Positions 9,443-19,938 of a stretch of 36,910 nucleotides of DNA are shown piece by piece. The position numbers and the translations under genes were made by a program. This DNA comes from an uncultured bacterium. GTDB lineage: Bacteria; T1Sed10-126. The DNA is taken from the NCBI GenBank assembly GCA_964566495.1, contig CAZMIT010000005.1, positions 1 through 36,910 of the forward strand, given 5' to 3'. Under the pieces are notes generated by a model, which was not told the DNA's origin, searched no databases, and worked only from the letters and a program-made list of their open reading frames with translations. Position 1 is the stretch's first letter, and each line of letters opens with the position of its first letter.

Positions 9443-10573
9443 CTACTCTCGCTCCTCCATGGGAATTAGCTCCTGGTTTTGTGGGCCAACGTATTTGGCC
9501 CGCGGACGAATCAAGGTGTTTTCGGCGTATTGTTCCATCACGTGACCCAGCCAGCCAACTACGCGACTGGCGGCAAAGATGGTTGTATAGAGGTCGGTTG
9601 GTATACCAAGGAGGTAATAAACCGAAGCCGAATAAAAATCAACATTGCAGCGTATCCCCTTCTCTTCTTCCATAAAGTCCTCGATCGCCGTGCTATATTC
9701 ATGCCAGTGAAGCTGATCCTTTTCCTCGCCCAGTTCCTTACACATTTCCCGCAGGTAGGGAGAACGTGGGTCAATAGTGTTGTAGACGGCATGACCAAAA
9801 CCCATTACAACTTCCCCGGCGGCGAGCTTTTCCTTAACATAATCAACCGGATCAATTCCACGCTCGTGGATTTCAAGTAACATTTTCATGACCTCAGTGT
9901 TGGCCCCGCCATGAATGAGGCCTTTTAGAGCTCCCACGGCCGAGGTTATTGTGGAGTGAATATCACTAAGGGTAGAAGCAGTTACCCGGGCGGCAAAGGT
10001 AGAAGCATTAAAGCCATGGTCCGCATGTAAAACCAGGCAGGTATCAAATATTTTCTCCGCCTCTTCGGAAGGACGCTCACCGTTCAACATATAGAGAAAA
10101 TTACCGGCGTGGCTTAGCTCCGGATCAGGATCGACAGCGTCGAGCCCACGGCGATAACGGTCGAAAGCGGCGATCAGGGTAACCGTTTTGGCGGCAATAC
10201 GCTGAGCCTTGCGATAGTTGGCTTCCTCGTCCAGGGGCGAGGCCTCACTGTCCGGGTCATAGGCGGCCAGCGCTGAAATTAGTGTCCTTAAAGCGCCCAT
10301 TGGATGCATGTCGGCGGCGGCTAATTTTTTGGCCAGTTCTTTCACTTCAGAATTCACCGGACGATTTTCCGCCAGTGTTTCACAGGTAGACTCAAACTCT
10401 CGGCCAGTCGGGAACTTGCCCTCCCAGAAGAGTTGAAAGAGCTCCTCAAACCGAACCTTGTAGGCGAGATCGTTTATATCATACCCCTTATAAACCAGCT
10501 CCCCCTTGTCGCCGTCGAGAAAACTCATTTCCGATTCCGTTAGAACTACGTCCTTCAAACCATCCGACGTCAT
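9443..10573 (-). CDS. gltA: Citrate synthase (short Gram-positive/archaeal type; methylcitrate synthase not excluded)
   Basis: HADHGFNASTF, HGGAN, GFGHAVY..DPR, NVDFYS and LIRPRA. Confidence 0.92.
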   Translation of the reverse strand: MTSDGLKDVVLTESEMSFLDGDKGELVYKGYDINDLAYKVRFEELFQLFWEGKFPTGREFESTCETLAENRPVNSEVKELAKKLAAADMHPMGALRTLISALAAYDPDSEASPLDEEANYRKAQRIAAKTVTLIAAFDRYRRGLDAVDPDPELSHAGNFLYMLNGERPSEEAEKIFDTCLVLHADHGFNASTFAARVTASTLSDIHSTITSAVGALKGLIHGGANTEVMKMLLEIHERGIDPVDYVKEKLAAGEVVMGFGHAVYNTIDPRSPYLREMCKELGEEKDQLHWHEYSTAIEDFMEEEKGIRCNVDFYSASVYYLLGIPTDLYTTIFAASRVVGWLGHVMEQYAENTLIRPRAKYVGPQNQELIPMEERE

Positions 10574-10766
10574 ACTTTAGCCTCCCTGGACTACAAGAAT
10601 AAAAACTAACCAAAACATAAAAATTAATCAATTGTCCACTTTAAATGCGTAAAAAGTGCTCTTTTGTTTAAAAATAAACAATTTTAACGCTGTAGTTTTC
10701 AATTTTAAGACAACTGGACAATAATTTCAACCAAAAATACCAGTGGAAAATTGAAAAAAGTCCGGG

Positions 10767-12017
10767 TTAGATATTCTCAACGACCCGACGTCCGAACTGG
10801 CTGCTTTTAACCTTCTCAGCGTCAGAGAGCTGCCGCGCCAAGTCATAGGTTACGTATTTTTCCTTAAATGTTGCCTGAAGTGCTTGTTTTATCGCGGCGG
10901 AAGCCTCAGCCCAACCGATATGGTCAAGCATTTCACAGGCAGAGAGAATCAGGGCCGTGGGGTTCACCTTGTCCTTGCCGGCATGCTTGGGAGCACTACC
11001 ATGGGTTGGCTCGAAGAGAGCACGTCCATCTCCAAAATTTGCCCCGGGGCAAATCCCCAGGCCGCCAATCATGCCGCCGGCGGCATCACTTATGTAGTCA
11101 CCGTTGAGATTAGGAAGTGCTAAAACGTCGTAATTAGAAGTGCGGGTTAAAATTTGCTGAAGCATATTGTCAGCAATCCTATCCTTGACCACAAGTGTGC
11201 CGTCGGGGGCCTGGCCGTCGTAATTATCCCAGAGTTGATCCTCGGTAATAACTTCTTCTCCGTATTCCTGGTCGGCGACCTCGTAACCCCAATTGCAGAA
11301 AGCTCCCTCGGTAAACTTCATAATGTTGCCCTTGTGAACAAGAGTAACTGACTCGCGGTCGTGTTCAAGAGCGTAATCGATGGCCCGGCGAACCAGGCGC
11401 TTGGTGGCAAATTCACTGATCGGCTTCAAGCCCAGTCCAACCGGTCCTTCATGAATGCCAGCGGCGCCTAACTCGGTTTCAACAAATTCCCGCACCTGCT
11501 CAGCTGCGTTTGTCTCAGCCTCCCACTCAATACCGGCGTAAACATCCTCGGTATTCTCACGGAAAATAACGAAATCAACTTCCTCCGGCGAGCAAACCGG
11601 CGAGGGCAAGCCGTCCAGGTAGTAAACCGGACGGACACATGCGTAGAGATCAAGCTGTTGTCGAAGCGCTACGTTCAAACTGCGGAAACCGGCACCAACC
11701 GGTGTAGTGAGCGGACCTTTAATGGCAATTCGAAACTCGCGGATTGCGTCCAGCGTCTCGGCGGGGAAAACAGTCCCATACACCTCTTCTGCCGACTCAC
11801 CGGCATAAATTCGGGTCCAGACTATCTCGCGGTCGCCGTCGTAAACTTTTTCCACTGCACCATCAAGCACCTCACGCATTACCGGTGAGATATCCTTGCC
11901 GGTACCATCCCCCTCAATGTAGGGGATAATCGGTTCGTCGGGAACAATTAGCTGCCCGTCCCGGTAGCCTATTTTTTCTCCTCGTTCAGGTATTTCTACG
12001 TGTTGATAATCACTCAT
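10767..12017 (-). CDS. icd: Isocitrate dehydrogenase (NADP-type homodimer)
   Basis: IKGPLTTPVG, RSLNVALRQ, FRENTED, VHKGNIMK, NLNGDYISD and HGSAPK. Confidence 0.97.
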   Translation of the reverse strand: MSDYQHVEIPERGEKIGYRDGQLIVPDEPIIPYIEGDGTGKDISPVMREVLDGAVEKVYDGDREIVWTRIYAGESAEEVYGTVFPAETLDAIREFRIAIKGPLTTPVGAGFRSLNVALRQQLDLYACVRPVYYLDGLPSPVCSPEEVDFVIFRENTEDVYAGIEWEAETNAAEQVREFVETELGAAGIHEGPVGLGLKPISEFATKRLVRRAIDYALEHDRESVTLVHKGNIMKFTEGAFCNWGYEVADQEYGEEVITEDQLWDNYDGQAPDGTLVVKDRIADNMLQQILTRTSNYDVLALPNLNGDYISDAAGGMIGGLGICPGANFGDGRALFEPTHGSAPKHAGKDKVNPTALILSACEMLDHIGWAEASAAIKQALQATFKEKYVTYDLARQLSDAEKVKSSQFGRRVVENI

Positions 12018-12052
12018 AGTAATACTCCTCCTGTGGTGTAAAGTCAGTTTTT

Positions 12053-12613
12053 TTAAGAATTTAATTTACGATCAATTTGGTCACAAACCCAGTGCAAACA
12101 GGCGATATGTGCCTCCTGCACGTGAGCAGTGCGAGTCGCAGGAACATTAATTAATTCAACATCCAGCTTTTGCAGCTTCCCCCCCTCAGCATCAGTGAGA
12201 CCAAAAGTTCGTCCTCCAACTTCAAGAGCAGCTTTCAGCCCCCGAAGAACATTAGGCGAATTGCCCGAGGTACTAATACCTACAAACACATCTTTTGCGT
12301 TTCCAAGCGCTTTTACCTGGCGGGAAAAAACTTCTTCAAAGGACCAGTCGTTGCTGACGGCCGTTAAAGTGCTGGGACTGGCAGACAGACTCAGGGCAGG
12401 CCGTTGAATCGGCTTGACGTTAAACTTAGCTACCAGTTCAGTGGTAAAATGAAGACTGTCGGTAGCACTTCCACCGTTACCGAAGCTAATAACCTTGCCC
12501 CCCTCTTCCCAGGTCTGAAGAATAGCATCACGCAGCTCGACCAATCCAGCGGGCATAGTTTCAGCAAGTCTATCAAAAGTTTTGCTGGCTTCTGAAAAAT
12601 AATCAGCTTGCAT
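12053..12613 (-). CDS. gmhA: D-sedoheptulose-7-phosphate isomerase (SIS domain)
   Basis: GNGGSA, TAVSND, FSRQV, ISTSGNSPNV and VQEAH. Start placed at ATG 12613, just after the TPR gene stop; the longer ORF overlaps that gene. Confidence 0.88.
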   Translation of the reverse strand: MQADYFSEASKTFDRLAETMPAGLVELRDAILQTWEEGGKVISFGNGGSATDSLHFTTELVAKFNVKPIQRPALSLSASPSTLTAVSNDWSFEEVFSRQVKALGNAKDVFVGISTSGNSPNVLRGLKAALEVGGRTFGLTDAEGGKLQKLDVELINVPATRTAHVQEAHIACLHWVCDQIDRKLNS

Positions 12614-12614
12614 T

Positions 12615-14636
12615 TTACTCATCCAGCCTTTCGCGGGTCCGCTGTAAGTCGTAACGGGCCCGTAAATTTTCAGGATCGATGTCCAGTGCTTGTTCAAACC
12701 GGGCCCGGGCTTCCTCAAAAAGACCGCGGTTAAAAAGCACATAACCGAGAGCGGTCTCGACTCGCGAATCATCGCCGATTAAATCGCGGGCCAGTTCCAG
12801 TGTAGAGGTCGCCCGGTTCCAGTCCTCTTTTATTATAAAAACAAGCCCCAGATTGTAATACGCTTGAGGCAACTCATACTCCTCTACTGCCGCTCGATAG
12901 CTTTCTATGGCGCGAGTAGTTTCCCCTTCCAGCAGATATGTATTCCCAAGGTGTTTTTTTAAACGAGCCCGCTGCTCAGCCTCTACGGACCGGGCAAGCA
13001 GAGAATCATAGCGACTGCGAGCCAACTCCACCGCCCCCCGGCGATAATCGATATAGGCTATCATCTGGTCGGCGAAAAAATTCTCCTCAGCTAACTCCAG
13101 CACCCGTTCAAACTGCTGCCGAGCCGCTGTGCGCTCACCGTACCAAAAATAGAGTTTCCCCAGTGTGGTGACATAATCGACACTGTCGGGAGCAATTTCA
13201 ACAGCATCCCGCAGGGCCTCAATTGCCCCTCCCAGATCATGATCACGGAAATTAGCTACCCCCAGGTTATAAAAAGCCTCGTGATTAGCGGGGTCAAGTT
13301 GAATCAGGTTACGAAAGGCAGTCTGGGCTGCAGCAAGTTGATCATGGTTCAAGCCTAATTCGCCCAGACGCCGGTATGTCAACCGCTGGTAATGATCGTC
13401 AATCGCCGGGTCGTCAAGGGCAGCATTATAATTTTCTACTGCTTCCGAGGGTCGCCCCTCTTTTTCATGCAGACGACCCAGAGCAAAATTAATTGTATAG
13501 CCCTGGTCTGCTACTTCAAGCGCTCTCTCATAAAATTGAATTGCCCTTTCAAAATCATTTACGGCCTGATAGAGGTATCCAAGCTGCAGATGTATATCAG
13601 ACTCCTGCAGCGGTCCCTCTATGACTTCAACATCCGCCGCCGGCTCCAGCGCGCTGAGAGCGGCTGCAGTGTCGCCCCTCTCCAACCGGGCCAGCGAAAG
13701 GTTGTAACGGGCCGTGGGAGTATCCCTCAGAACCAGGGCTTGTTCAAACTCTTCCTGAGCTTCCATGATACGGTTCAAATCCACCAGAGTTCCGCCGCGC
13801 AAAAGGGCAAGCTGGTAATTCATCTTCGTCTCTTGAGTATGCTGGCGGGCTGCAGCAAAATCATCTGTTGCAGCCTCTAAATCCTGCCGGTGAAGCTGTG
13901 TTAATCCACGGTTAAAATAGAGCAATTCCTCGTAGCCGCCCTCTTCCAGACCACGGCTGTAGTCTGCAACTGCTTGTTCAAAATTACCCTGTTCGGCATG
14001 TAAGTTGCCCCGGGCCAGCAAAAAAAGTGAGCGGGGGTCAAGATCGATAGCGGCATCAAAGTCAGAAAAAGCTTCTTCCGTTTTGTCGACCTCGGAGCGA
14101 ACCCGGGCACGTCGATAATAGGTTTCCGGGAAAGTATCAATGACATCCAGAGAATAACCATACAATTCTTCCGCTTCGTCGAAATTATCCCGAACAGCGC
14201 GAATATCGCCAAGGTAGCGATAGGAGAGAGCCGCCGGCTCGTCCATGCCTGAAGTGCCCAGGACACGGCGATACAAACCAAGGGCACGGTCAAGCTCACC
14301 GGCCCGGTGAGCTGAGCGAGCCTGGTCGAAAAGTTCCCGCTGCCGGGAACGAGATATTTCAATTCGCTCCCTTAATTGCGCCGGTAATTCAACGTCAACC
14401 ACCGGTTCTGGATCAGGATGACAGGCATCATCATACCAGTAAAACCCGGCCTCTTCACAGGCCTCCGGGGTCTCAAAATCCTCCGGTTCCGGCTCCTCGG
14501 GAACCTCAGGCACGCCAATTATCTGCTGCCAGATTTCCTGGAAAACTGGTTCAAATACCACATAGCCCAGATAGACTCCGGCGGCCAGGGCGGCAATTGA
14601 AAGAAACAAAATAAACAGGTGCAGACGCGACTTCAT
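12615..14636 (-). CDS. Membrane-anchored tetratricopeptide-repeat protein
   Basis: N-terminal TM helix, PEEPEPE linker, then many TPR units (e.g. AFYNLGVA, AYYNLGLV, FEQALDIDPEN). Confidence 0.9.
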   Translation of the reverse strand: MKSRLHLFILFLSIAALAAGVYLGYVVFEPVFQEIWQQIIGVPEVPEEPEPEDFETPEACEEAGFYWYDDACHPDPEPVVDVELPAQLRERIEISRSRQRELFDQARSAHRAGELDRALGLYRRVLGTSGMDEPAALSYRYLGDIRAVRDNFDEAEELYGYSLDVIDTFPETYYRRARVRSEVDKTEEAFSDFDAAIDLDPRSLFLLARGNLHAEQGNFEQAVADYSRGLEEGGYEELLYFNRGLTQLHRQDLEAATDDFAAARQHTQETKMNYQLALLRGGTLVDLNRIMEAQEEFEQALVLRDTPTARYNLSLARLERGDTAAALSALEPAADVEVIEGPLQESDIHLQLGYLYQAVNDFERAIQFYERALEVADQGYTINFALGRLHEKEGRPSEAVENYNAALDDPAIDDHYQRLTYRRLGELGLNHDQLAAAQTAFRNLIQLDPANHEAFYNLGVANFRDHDLGGAIEALRDAVEIAPDSVDYVTTLGKLYFWYGERTAARQQFERVLELAEENFFADQMIAYIDYRRGAVELARSRYDSLLARSVEAEQRARLKKHLGNTYLLEGETTRAIESYRAAVEEYELPQAYYNLGLVFIIKEDWNRATSTLELARDLIGDDSRVETALGYVLFNRGLFEEARARFEQALDIDPENLRARYDLQRTRERLDE

Positions 14637-14639
14637 CCA

Positions 14640-15002
14640 CTACTGCCTCGCTTTACCGTCAAAATTGTCCAGAATTCCATTTACAAAAGAGGCCGAATCC
14701 TCCGAACCGTATTTCTTAGCCAGTTCCACCGCTTCGTCGATTACTATAGGCTTTGGAGTTTCGGACCAGAAGAGCTCGTAAGTCCCTAACCGAAGCAAGA
14801 CACGCTCAACCGGATAAACCCTATCAAGTCGCCAGTCCTCGAGCTGGGACTCGATTTTATTGTCGATTTCTTCAAGGTGTTTTCCCGTTCCCTCAACAAG
14901 AGTCCTGGTAAAATCGGAATTATTATCAGGACTATAATCACCACTTACTTCCCTGGCATACAGTGTCTTGAAGGCCTCTTCCCGGGCCTTAGAACGAGAC
15001 AT
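14640..15002 (-). CDS. nusB: Transcription antitermination factor NusB
   Basis: RSKAREEA, WRLDR, IDEAVELAKKYG and FVNGILD; directly follows ribH. Confidence 0.95.
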   Translation of the reverse strand: MSRSKAREEAFKTLYAREVSGDYSPDNNSDFTRTLVEGTGKHLEEIDNKIESQLEDWRLDRVYPVERVLLRLGTYELFWSETPKPIVIDEAVELAKKYGSEDSASFVNGILDNFDGKARQ

Positions 15003-15473
15003 TTAGTTCTCTAACTCACTGTAGACACTGGATTGACGAACCAGGGCTCGCGCCGCGTCGGAACCTTTATTGCCCGCTTTAACGCCAGCCCGATTGACAG
15101 CTTGCTCAACGGTGTCCGCAGTTATAATACCAAAGACAACCGGCAGCTCAGACTCGTAACTCAGTTTTCCAACGCCCCGGGTCACTTCTGAAGCAACGTA
15201 GTCAAAGTGGGGGGTCTCGCCGCGGATTACAGCACCCAGGCAAATAACCCCGTCATATTTTCCACTTTCAACTACGCGGCGGGCCAGACCGGGAATTTCA
15301 AAACTACCGGGAGCTTTATAAACCTCCACGTCCTTTTTGTTGACGCCACACTTCTCAAGCATATCAAGGGCGCCGCGCTTGAGCTGGCCGGTAATCATGT
15401 CGTTAAATTCAGCCATAACTACGCCCACCTTTAACCCGCTACCATCAAGGTCGCCTTTAATTTCCCTAATCAC
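15003..15473 (-). CDS. ribH: 6,7-dimethyl-8-ribityllumazine synthase
   Basis: PGSFEIP, GAVIRGETPHFDYV and NKGSDAA. Confidence 0.97.
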   Translation of the reverse strand: MIREIKGDLDGSGLKVGVVMAEFNDMITGQLKRGALDMLEKCGVNKKDVEVYKAPGSFEIPGLARRVVESGKYDGVICLGAVIRGETPHFDYVASEVTRGVGKLSYESELPVVFGIITADTVEQAVNRAGVKAGNKGSDAARALVRQSSVYSELEN

Positions 15474-15479
15474 AACTGA

Positions 15480-16703
15480 TCATCCTTCCTCAAATTGATT
15501 TAAAAGATGCCCTAACTTTTCCTTTTTTGCCTGCAGATACTCCTTATTAACTTCGTTTGACTTTATTTCAAGCGGCAGTCGGTCAGTCACCTTGAGGCCA
15601 TAACCCTCAAGTCCGATAATTTTCCGGGGGTTGTTAGTCAGTAATTTTATAGTAGAAAGCCCCAGGTCATCAAGAATTTGAGCGCCAACGCCATAATCTC
15701 TCAAATCCGGGTTAAAACCAAGTTCTTTGTTAGCCTCAACCGTATCCAGACCGCGATCCTGCAGGTCATAAGCTTCAATTTTATTGCAAAGACCAATCCC
15801 CCGTCCCTCTTGAAGCAAATACAACAGAACTCCCTGGCCACGGTCCTCGATCTTTTCCAGAGCCAGATGAAGCTGAGGTCGGCAATCACAGCGTCGACTG
15901 CGGAAGACATCGCCTGTTAAACACTGCGAGTGCACCCTGACCAGCACATTATCTGCTCCCTTAATTTCGCCTTTTACAAGAGCCAGGTGTTCCCGATCCC
16001 GCAGCCGATCATGGTAGGCAATGGCTTTAAATTCCCCAAAACCGGTGGGAAGAGTGGTTGCGGCCATCCGTTCAACATGTTTTTCGGTTCGCCGGCGGTA
16101 GCGAATCAAAGCTTCTATGGAAATCATTTTAAGTTCATGCTCGGCGGCAAAATCTTTCAGTTCGCTCCGCCGGGCCATGGTGCCGTCGGCGCTCATTATT
16201 TCACAGATAACGCCGGCCGGCCGCAGACCAGCCAGGCGGGCGAGATCAACAGCCGCCTCGGTATGACCGGCCCGCTTTAAGACGCCACCACGTTCAGCCT
16301 TGAGCGGAAAAACATGACCGGGACGTTGAAAATCCTCGGGACCACTCTCCGGGTCCACGGCCGTTTGAATCGTCAACGCCCGATCGTGGGCGCTGATTCC
16401 GGTGGTAGTTCCCTCCCGGGCGTCAATGGAGACAGTAAAACCAGTGTCCAGGTGGTCCGTGTTGTCCGGTACCATGGAGGGCAGCTGCAGACGTTCAAGA
16501 TCGGCCGGGGCCATTGGCAAACAGACCAGACCCCGCCCCTCCTTGGTCATAAAGTTTATCGTCTCCGCGGTGACCTGCTCGGCGGCTACTACCAGATCAC
16601 CTTCGTTCTCTCGCGATTCGTCATCAACTACAACTACCATTTCACCGCGTTTGATCGCTTCTATGGCCGCCTCAACCTGTTCTATTTTATCCTTATAAGC
16701 CAT
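15480..16703 (-). CDS. ribBA: Bifunctional DHBP synthase / GTP cyclohydrolase II
   Basis: [38 protein letters not shown] and LLTNNP. Start placed at ATG 16703. Confidence 0.97.
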   Translation of the reverse strand: MAYKDKIEQVEAAIEAIKRGEMVVVVDDESRENEGDLVVAAEQVTAETINFMTKEGRGLVCLPMAPADLERLQLPSMVPDNTDHLDTGFTVSIDAREGTTTGISAHDRALTIQTAVDPESGPEDFQRPGHVFPLKAERGGVLKRAGHTEAAVDLARLAGLRPAGVICEIMSADGTMARRSELKDFAAEHELKMISIEALIRYRRRTEKHVERMAATTLPTGFGEFKAIAYHDRLRDREHLALVKGEIKGADNVLVRVHSQCLTGDVFRSRRCDCRPQLHLALEKIEDRGQGVLLYLLQEGRGIGLCNKIEAYDLQDRGLDTVEANKELGFNPDLRDYGVGAQILDDLGLSTIKLLTNNPRKIIGLEGYGLKVTDRLPLEIKSNEVNKEYLQAKKEKLGHLLNQFEEG

Positions 16704-16707
16704 CTTA

Positions 16708-17355
16708 TCACCGTTTGAAAGCCCGCGAAAGCTCACGCAGGCTAAAATCAGATTCAGTTTGGTCTGTTATCCAAAAATTATAGAGATAGCGCGCCAGTGT
16801 ATCAACTTCAAGGTTCATCTTCTGGCCGGGTTTACGCGCCCGCAAGGACGTTTCCTGGTATGTATGTGGCACCACCTGGACGGTTAAATTTTCAGCGCTT
16901 ACTTCAGCTATTGTGAGGCTGATACCATCGAGCGCTATCGAACCCCGCGGGGCTAAAAAGGGACGCAGTTCGTCGTCATAGTCGGTAACCAGCCGGTAAC
17001 CAGAGGAGCGCTTATCCAGGGCAATTATACTTACCAGAGCATCAACATGCCCACTTACATAATGACCCTCCACACGCTCACCAACAGCCAATGAAGGCTC
17101 CAGGTTTACAAGCCGCCCCGGGCTGGCAGCTCGTAGTGTTGTCTTAGCTTCCGTAGTCTCAGCCAGCTCAACAGCCACGCTGTCGCTCCCCCTTTCCACC
17201 ACAGTCAAGCAAACTCCGTCAACGGCAAGACTGTCACCAACCTCGGTGTTAAAATCTTGAAAAGCTTCAGAGTATAGCCGCAGCTTCACAGTACCTGCGG
17301 AACCAGGCTCGCGAGCAGTTATTTCAGCTGTTGCCTTAATTAGTCCGGTAAACAT
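16708..17355 (-). CDS. ribE: Riboflavin synthase
   Basis: MFTGL N-terminus, [24 protein letters not shown] and NLEVD. Confidence 0.96.
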   Translation of the reverse strand: MFTGLIKATAEITAREPGSAGTVKLRLYSEAFQDFNTEVGDSLAVDGVCLTVVERGSDSVAVELAETTEAKTTLRAASPGRLVNLEPSLAVGERVEGHYVSGHVDALVSIIALDKRSSGYRLVTDYDDELRPFLAPRGSIALDGISLTIAEVSAENLTVQVVPHTYQETSLRARKPGQKMNLEVDTLARYLYNFWITDQTESDFSLRELSRAFKR

Positions 17356-17421
17356 CAGCTAAAACCTCAGATCTGCTAAATTCTTAAATTAACCCCCGAA
17401 AGTTTTCAACAACTTCGTCAT

Positions 17422-17652
17422 GTAATTATTTAGCGCCTTCACTGTGGTTCTCGGAACAAATGGTGTCCCGGTAACAACGTCCGTGAGGTCTTGACCGTCA
17501 TTCCCGTGGAAACGGGAATCCAGCGGCTTTGAATTTAATAGGTCTAAAGTCAACGTCAAAGCCACTGGATTGTCCGGTCAAGCCTTGAGGCGTTATTCGT
17601 TCCGGACAATGACGTTCAATCCCACAACACCCCGAGGGCGCTAAACGGCTAC
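17422..17652. repeat. Composite intergenic element: GTAnnnnTTTAGCGCC inverted ends enclosing an inverted pair of CGTC-type REP palindromes (17496-17614)
   Basis: Left GTAATTATTTAGCGCC, right GGCGCTAAACGGCTAC (12/16 complementary). Inside: CGTCATTCCCG..CGGGAATCCAG...CTGGATTGTCCGG..CCGGACAATGACG. Confidence 0.75.
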
Positions 17653-17685
17653 CTCTTCATTATCCGGGGCAAATCAAAGCATACC

Positions 17686-17737
17686 AAAAAATCTCCCCGT
17701 CAGTCCTTTACCAGTAAAGAACTGGATTAAGGGGAGA
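17686..17737 (-). terminator. Possible intrinsic terminator downstream of ribD
   Basis: TCTCCCC/GGGGAGA stem with an inner stem, followed by 6 U on the minus strand. May instead be a repeat hairpin. Confidence 0.4.
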
Positions 17738-17839
17738 AAAGAATTTTGCCGCCCCCCGGTATGTTTAGAAGACGAATAATTTACGCTAAGAAACACCTGT
17801 ATAAAAGGATATAATACGAAACGAGCTCTGGCGAGGTTT

Positions 17840-19015
17840 TCACCCCCTAAATTCGAGACCGGTCAGCTGCTGCCTCAGGCGAGGATGGGGCGTTAAATGT
17901 AGACCGCCGCAGCGCAAAGACTGCCGGGAGATACGGCGCACATAAATATCTTCCCCAAATCGCCGTTGCTCCAGCAACTTAAATCGCGGGGCATTATAGA
18001 CTTTTTCAGTTTTATCGCGAAGCTGAGCGCTGCGCACACCACTGCCCAGTACGTGACCACAGTTGAAAAGGTGAAGCTCATTTAAGAGCTGCGAAGATAT
18101 TAAATCACCCACGATACCGCCGCCGCCTTCAACCAGGATACGCCCAATATCAACTTCATAAAGACGGCTCAACACTTCCGGCCAGCGATAACGGCCGTCG
18201 TGCAGTTCACACTTGATCAAAGTAAGGCCACGCTCCAACAGCTGTTGTTCAACCCCGACGGCTGTCCGGCAGGGGATGACCAGTATTGTGTCAGCAGCGC
18301 GCTCTGACAATAAAGTAAGTCCTCCGGGAAGAGAATCAGGCCGGGTGGTAATGACAACAGACCGGGGTTGAGGTTTTCGACCGGTGACGCGATCAGTCAG
18401 ACTGGGGTCGTCACGGCGGACCGTCTCCGCACCAACCATGACGGCGTCAACGCGAGAACGAAGCAAGTGGGTGTGGTGGCGGCTTTCCGGACCGCTAAGC
18501 CACTGGCTGTGATGGGTTTTGGTAGCAATATAGCCGTCCACGGAAAGAGCCAACTTAGCTTCCAACCAGGGCATTCCGGTGCATTGGTTGTAAAAATAAG
18601 CACGATTCAACCAGCGGTATCGAGAGCGCTGAACCGGAGTTACGACTGACCGTCCAGCCTCCAGTATTTTTTTCATTCCCCGCCCCTGCACCTGTGGGTG
18701 CGGATCAACATGGGCAAAAGTCACAGCCTCAAGATCAGTCGCAAGAATACGATTAACACAGGGCTCTGTTTTACCCCTGTGTACACAGGGTTCAAGCGTA
18801 CAATAAAGTTCGAGTCCCTGCAGCGACCCGGAGTATTTGTCCAACAAGGCGGCTTCCGCGTGGGGGCCCCCAAACTCGCGGTGTGCGGCCAGATCGATCA
18901 ACTCACCGTCCTTGACCAAACCGGCGGCAACGAGCGGGTTAGTATGAACCGCCCCTTCGCCGGCCAGGGCACGCGCAAATAGCAATTCCATGATTTCTTG
19001 ACGCCGATTATTCAA
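17840..19015 (-). CDS. ribD: Bifunctional diaminohydroxyphosphoribosylaminopyrimidine deaminase/reductase
   Basis: NPLVAA, HAE, TLEPCVH..PC, SVDGYIA, DDPSLT and VEGG. Confidence 0.95.
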   Translation of the reverse strand: MNNRRQEIMELLFARALAGEGAVHTNPLVAAGLVKDGELIDLAAHREFGGPHAEAALLDKYSGSLQGLELYCTLEPCVHRGKTEPCVNRILATDLEAVTFAHVDPHPQVQGRGMKKILEAGRSVVTPVQRSRYRWLNRAYFYNQCTGMPWLEAKLALSVDGYIATKTHHSQWLSGPESRHHTHLLRSRVDAVMVGAETVRRDDPSLTDRVTGRKPQPRSVVITTRPDSLPGGLTLLSERAADTILVIPCRTAVGVEQQLLERGLTLIKCELHDGRYRWPEVLSRLYEVDIGRILVEGGGGIVGDLISSQLLNELHLFNCGHVLGSGVRSAQLRDKTEKVYNAPRFKLLEQRRFGEDIYVRRISRQSLRCGGLHLTPHPRLRQQLTGLEFRG

Positions 19016-19017
19016 TT

Positions 19018-19938
19018 TTATTCCTCCCCCGCAGCAAAATTCTCGGCCAACAGGGCGTCACAATAGACCTCCGGAGAAAACGGAGCCAGGTCGTCAAGCG
19101 TCTCCCCGGTACCGACTAACTTGACTGGAACCTGGAATTTATCTGCAGCACTTAGCACAACGCCCCCACGAGCAGTACTGTCCAATTTGGAGAGAACAAT
19201 GCCGCTTACCGGTAGCTCCTCTGCATATTTTTCTACCTGCTTAATGCCATTTTGTCCGGTTGACGCATCAATAACGAGCAGAGTTTCAGCCGGCTCGCCG
19301 GGCATTTTGTCGGCCGTAACCCTGTACATTTTATTTAGCTGATCCATTAGATCTCCGCGGGTATGCAGACGCCCGGCAGTATCCACGAAAAGATAATCAA
19401 CTCCGCGTCCTTCAGCCGCCTCAAGTGCGTCGTAAACAACGGCGGTTGGATCGCCACCTTTCTGGTGAGCGATAATATCAACTCCCAGACGCTCCCCCCA
19501 CTCCTGCAACTGTTCAATGGCGGCCGCTCGAAAAGTGTCAGCAGCGGCGAACAGAATCTCCCCGTCAAGTTTATGAGCCAGCTTGGCCATGCTTGTGGTC
19601 TTACCACTCCCATTCACTCCAACAAAGAAATAGACGCTCGGCGGCGAGGAGCTCTTTTGAAGCCGGGCGCTGCCCGCGGAAGCAAAAATTTCATTAATCT
19701 GCTGCCGCAAAAATTCCGTTCCATCTGCACTGGCGCTCCCATCTCGCAGCGGCGCGAGCAATTTTTCGACCGTTTCCAGACTGACGTCACTTTTCAACAG
19801 GGCCGCTTCCAGGTCGTTGATAGCTTCGGCCCCCAGACCGCGGCCCGGCCACAATTTTTTTACACCGTCCCGAAATTTGCCCAACGCTCCCTTGAGTTTG
19901 CTTTTTTCTTCTCTTTTGTCATCGCCAAAGATTGCCAT
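19018..19938 (-). CDS. ftsY: SRP receptor FtsY (short form, NG domain only)
   Basis: GVNGSGKTT, ADTFRAAA, DTAGR, STGQNG and KLDSTARGG. Start placed at ATG 19938 after GGAAGGTG. Confidence 0.96.
   Translation of the reverse strand: MAIFGDDKREEKSKLKGALGKFRDGVKKLWPGRGLGAEAINDLEAALLKSDVSLETVEKLLAPLRDGSASADGTEFLRQQINEIFASAGSARLQKSSSPPSVYFFVGVNGSGKTTSMAKLAHKLDGEILFAAADTFRAAAIEQLQEWGERLGVDIIAHQKGGDPTAVVYDALEAAEGRGVDYLFVDTAGRLHTRGDLMDQLNKMYRVTADKMPGEPAETLLVIDASTGQNGIKQVEKYAEELPVSGIVLSKLDSTARGGVVLSAADKFQVPVKLVGTGETLDDLAPFSPEVYCDALLAENFAAGEE

Noticed and set aside
12614..12772. N-terminal extension of gmhA in the ORF track
   Set aside because: It overlaps the TPR gene; homology begins near ATG 12613.
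17356..17839. FMN riboswitch ahead of ribE-ribBA-ribH
   Set aside because: The conserved RFN blocks (GGGTGAAATTCCC...GGATGGGAG) were not seen on the minus strand.
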